Below, piece after piece: positions 1-64,000 of a stretch of DNA of 64,000 nt (the first letter of the stretch is position 1; every line of letters starts with the position of its first letter). The position numbers and the translations under genes were made by a program. Origin of the DNA: Octopus vulgaris (Eukaryota); assembly GCA_951406725.2 (NCBI GenBank), contig OX597815.1:164424001-164488000 (forward strand), given 5' to 3'. Under the pieces are notes generated by a model that saw only the letters and a program-made list of their open reading frames with translations, was not told the DNA's origin and made no database searches.

Positions 1-800
1 CTCATGCTTCAAACAGCAAACAAGGACACTGCCATGAGCAAAACACAAGTTTATGAGTGGTTTTCACACTTTGGGAAGGGTCACTTGTCACTTGAAGACC
101 AACCTCATTCAGGACAACTCTTGATCTCTCAAACGTATGAAAACATCACAAAATTTCATGAACTTGGAGGTCCATCGCTGAACAAGTGACAAACTTGTTG
201 TTATAACTAGTGTCTCCTAGAGCCATTCCCAACGAATTTTGAGTGAGGAATTGTAAAGGAAAAGAGTTGCAGCAAAATTTGTGTCTTGCTTGTTCATGGA
301 AAATCAAAAGTAATCATGACTGAATGCATGTTGTGAAGTGAAAGAACAGTTGGAAGTTGATCTGAACCTTTTTTGAAAGTCATCATTGGTGACAAGATCT
401 GGTGTGCTGGCTATGACCTGGAAACAAAGCAGTAATCAAGTCAACAGAAGCATTCAATGTCACCAGGCCCCCCAAAAGTGCATCAAGTGAAGTCCAATTT
501 TTCATTAATGCAAAAAGAATTGTCTGCACAGTATTTGTTCCTCCTGGTCAAACTGTTAACCAAATGTTTTACTTGGCAGTTCTGAAGCATTTGTGAAGCA
601 TGGCAAGACAAAAACCACCCCAACCAGCGACAAAGTGGAGAGTGGTGGTTTCATCACGACAATGCACCTTTGCACACCACCTTGGGTGTGAGACAGTTTT
701 TGACCAAAAATGACATGACCCCATTTACCCACCCTTCCTATTCACTCAATCTTGCTCCCTGCAACGTTTTTTTGGTTCCACTGAATGAAAAAAGTCCTTA
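1..800 (+). mobile_element. Decayed mariner (DD34D) transposase remnant
   Basis: MSKTQVYEWF..LEDQPHSG; IGDKIW (D at 391); HDNA (D at 658); HPSYSLNLAPCN with 34 residues between the 2nd and 3rd catalytic positions; stops and frameshifts. Confidence 0.88.
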
Positions 801-1271
801 CATATATATATTACTGTGGGACTGTATGAAATGCTTATCTACTAATCTCAGGGAAACCCTTCCATGAGAAAAGTAGGACTAACCAATGGACCTTATGGTG
901 GTGCTTTCTTTTATAGATGTTAAGTTCCAGTATATAGGGGACGCATTCCTTAAACCAGCCAACTGTTTGAGCCTCATTGTAATAGGGGACCATTGCATCA
1001 AAAATATCTTGACTGAGGAATAGTTTCAAATGGCACAGCATTGAATGGCTATGAGGATCCACATGAGTAAAATATGTAACAAAGGGGTCCCTAGGTTAAA
1101 AAATGGTTGAGAACTACTGCTGTAGAGCCTGGTGCACTGGTTTGCACAAGGGCCTATGATACTGCTAAGATGACCCAGGCTGAACAACTACATGCAGGAC
1201 ATAAGCATAAACATGAATACAAACACATAGACATACACCACTTCCGTCTACAGAATAGAAACATATTAAGA

Positions 1272-1660
1272 TAAAATTATTAACCATCTTACAAGCAATA
1301 ACTCTGAGCACCTTTTCAAACTCCACCTGTCTAACACCCGTGGACATGTTTACAAAGTCAGAAAACAGCACAGCTCCCATGACTTTCGGAAACATTTTTT
1401 CACGCTAAGAGTTGCTGAAGTATGGAACAAACTACCGGCATCAGTTGTTAGTTGTCGGAGCACTGCATCTTTCAAAACTTCTATGCTTCCCGAGATTCGC
1501 CAAAACTACACCTGATTTTCTCCCCTCCATACACACGCAAGCATATATACACTGACTCATACACTGTTCACTTCCCAGACATTTGTACATTACTGCATAT
1601 GTTTTATACACAAGTTGTGGTGCACCTGAGCACTGTATACAATAATTTAATTATTATTAA
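1272..1660 (+). mobile_element. CR1/L2-type LINE 3' fragment
   Basis: Near-identical to 42503-42900; RVAEVWNKLP C-terminus, 3'UTR and ATT tail. Confidence 0.8.
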
Positions 1661-1718
1661 GTGTTCCACAAGTAATTAACATCAAGAGAAGTAAAAAAGA
1701 AGCACTAATTTGACTTAC

Positions 1719-62795
<61,077 letters not shown>

Positions 62796-63533
62796 CTGAA
62801 AAAAAGAAATAGAATGAATTAAACACATTAACAAATTCTAAATGTTCAACTATTCAAAACTCATTGCTGTGATAACCATATGGATTGGTGAGTTAGATAT
62901 ATTTTAAAATTTCTAAATTCATTCAACATAATAAATGACACAGGAAATGACAAAACACTTAGCAAGTCATTCGTCATTCAGACTGTATCTGGATAATTTC
63001 AATTTTCTTCTTTTATGTTTGATGTACCTATTTTAAGTTCTTTATTTGATATACACTCACACTTACACACACACACAAACTCACATATATATATATACAC
63101 ATACATATATATATATGTATATACATCTCAAGTAACTTTTTTAAAAAAAGGTTAAGAGAGATATATAATCCTAGTGGGTACTGTGCTTGCTCTTATCAGT
63201 AAGCAATGCTGGTTAACCTCAGTGAATGTGGACAAACTCCAGTTAGTTAAATTTACTATACTTGGTTATTCCTCACTTTGGTAAATCCAATGTTCTTATA
63301 AAGACTGCATAGTGTCAGTAGAGAAAAAACAATAAATCAATAAAGATCAGGAGAACTGAGATTTATACATCCAAGTTTTATCATATAGTTCATTACATCT
63401 TTCTTTGCCAATATATATATATATGTAAACGGTGCTCCAGCATGGCCACTGAAGCAAGTAAAAGGATAAAAGAATAGGAACATGAACACACCAACATCGG
63501 TTGTCAAGTGGCAGTGGGGGGACAAACACAGAC

Positions 63534-63581
<48 letters not shown>

Positions 63582-64000
63582 ACCTATTTCTAGCAAGTTC
63601 AGTATGTGGCAAAGTAATTTATTTTACTAAGCCCTAATTATATAATGTTATATATATATATATATATATATATAATTTACAAGATAAGGGCAAGAGAAAA
63701 ATTCTAATGCCAAATATGCCAAAACAAAAAATTGTCGATAACCATTATAATTTATGCGTCTCGAAACAAACCAATAGAAATCTCCTGCTGTCCTTTGCTC
63801 TAGCTAAACCTACCCCGCTGTCTTTCATGCTACTATGGAATTTTGTCTGCAACAGTTAGATGCGAACTTAACCGTGGTCTGACCGGCATCTCTCCTCATG
63901 TTTCTTGGAACTTATATCCACATCTTTATGAGTAGATTTATCTTCTCTGGGATGTCAATAATTAATTTAAAATCTTTGTATTGTTGGAAAACATATATAG

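Overview
AT-rich, microsatellite- and SINE-dense eukaryotic DNA. The repeat repertoire points to a coleoid cephalopod, most likely Octopus (inference). The whole window lies inside one large minus-strand gene. I assembled 20 consecutive phase-compatible GT-AG exons (62795 down to 1719, about 811-816 codons, no stops), and the gene runs off both ends. It encodes the MG6 to MG8 region of a thioester-containing-protein (TEP; complement C3/alpha-2-macroglobulin/CD109) family member. It is highly divergent: the thioester motif reads GSGEQ instead of GCGEQ, the catalytic His position is Tyr, and a KKKR furin-type site is followed by a Cys-free linker rather than an anaphylatoxin domain. The introns hold decayed DD34D and DD37D Tc1/mariner elements, pogo/Tigger, Tc2-like, hAT and piggyBac MITEs, two Helitrons, CR1/L2 and HERO-like LINE fragments, and an R4/Dong-type LINE array in (TAA)n. 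They also hold several tRNA-derived SINE families, long fold-back hairpins and degenerate hammerhead-ribozyme cores. Repeat boundaries are approximate; exon boundaries were read base by base.
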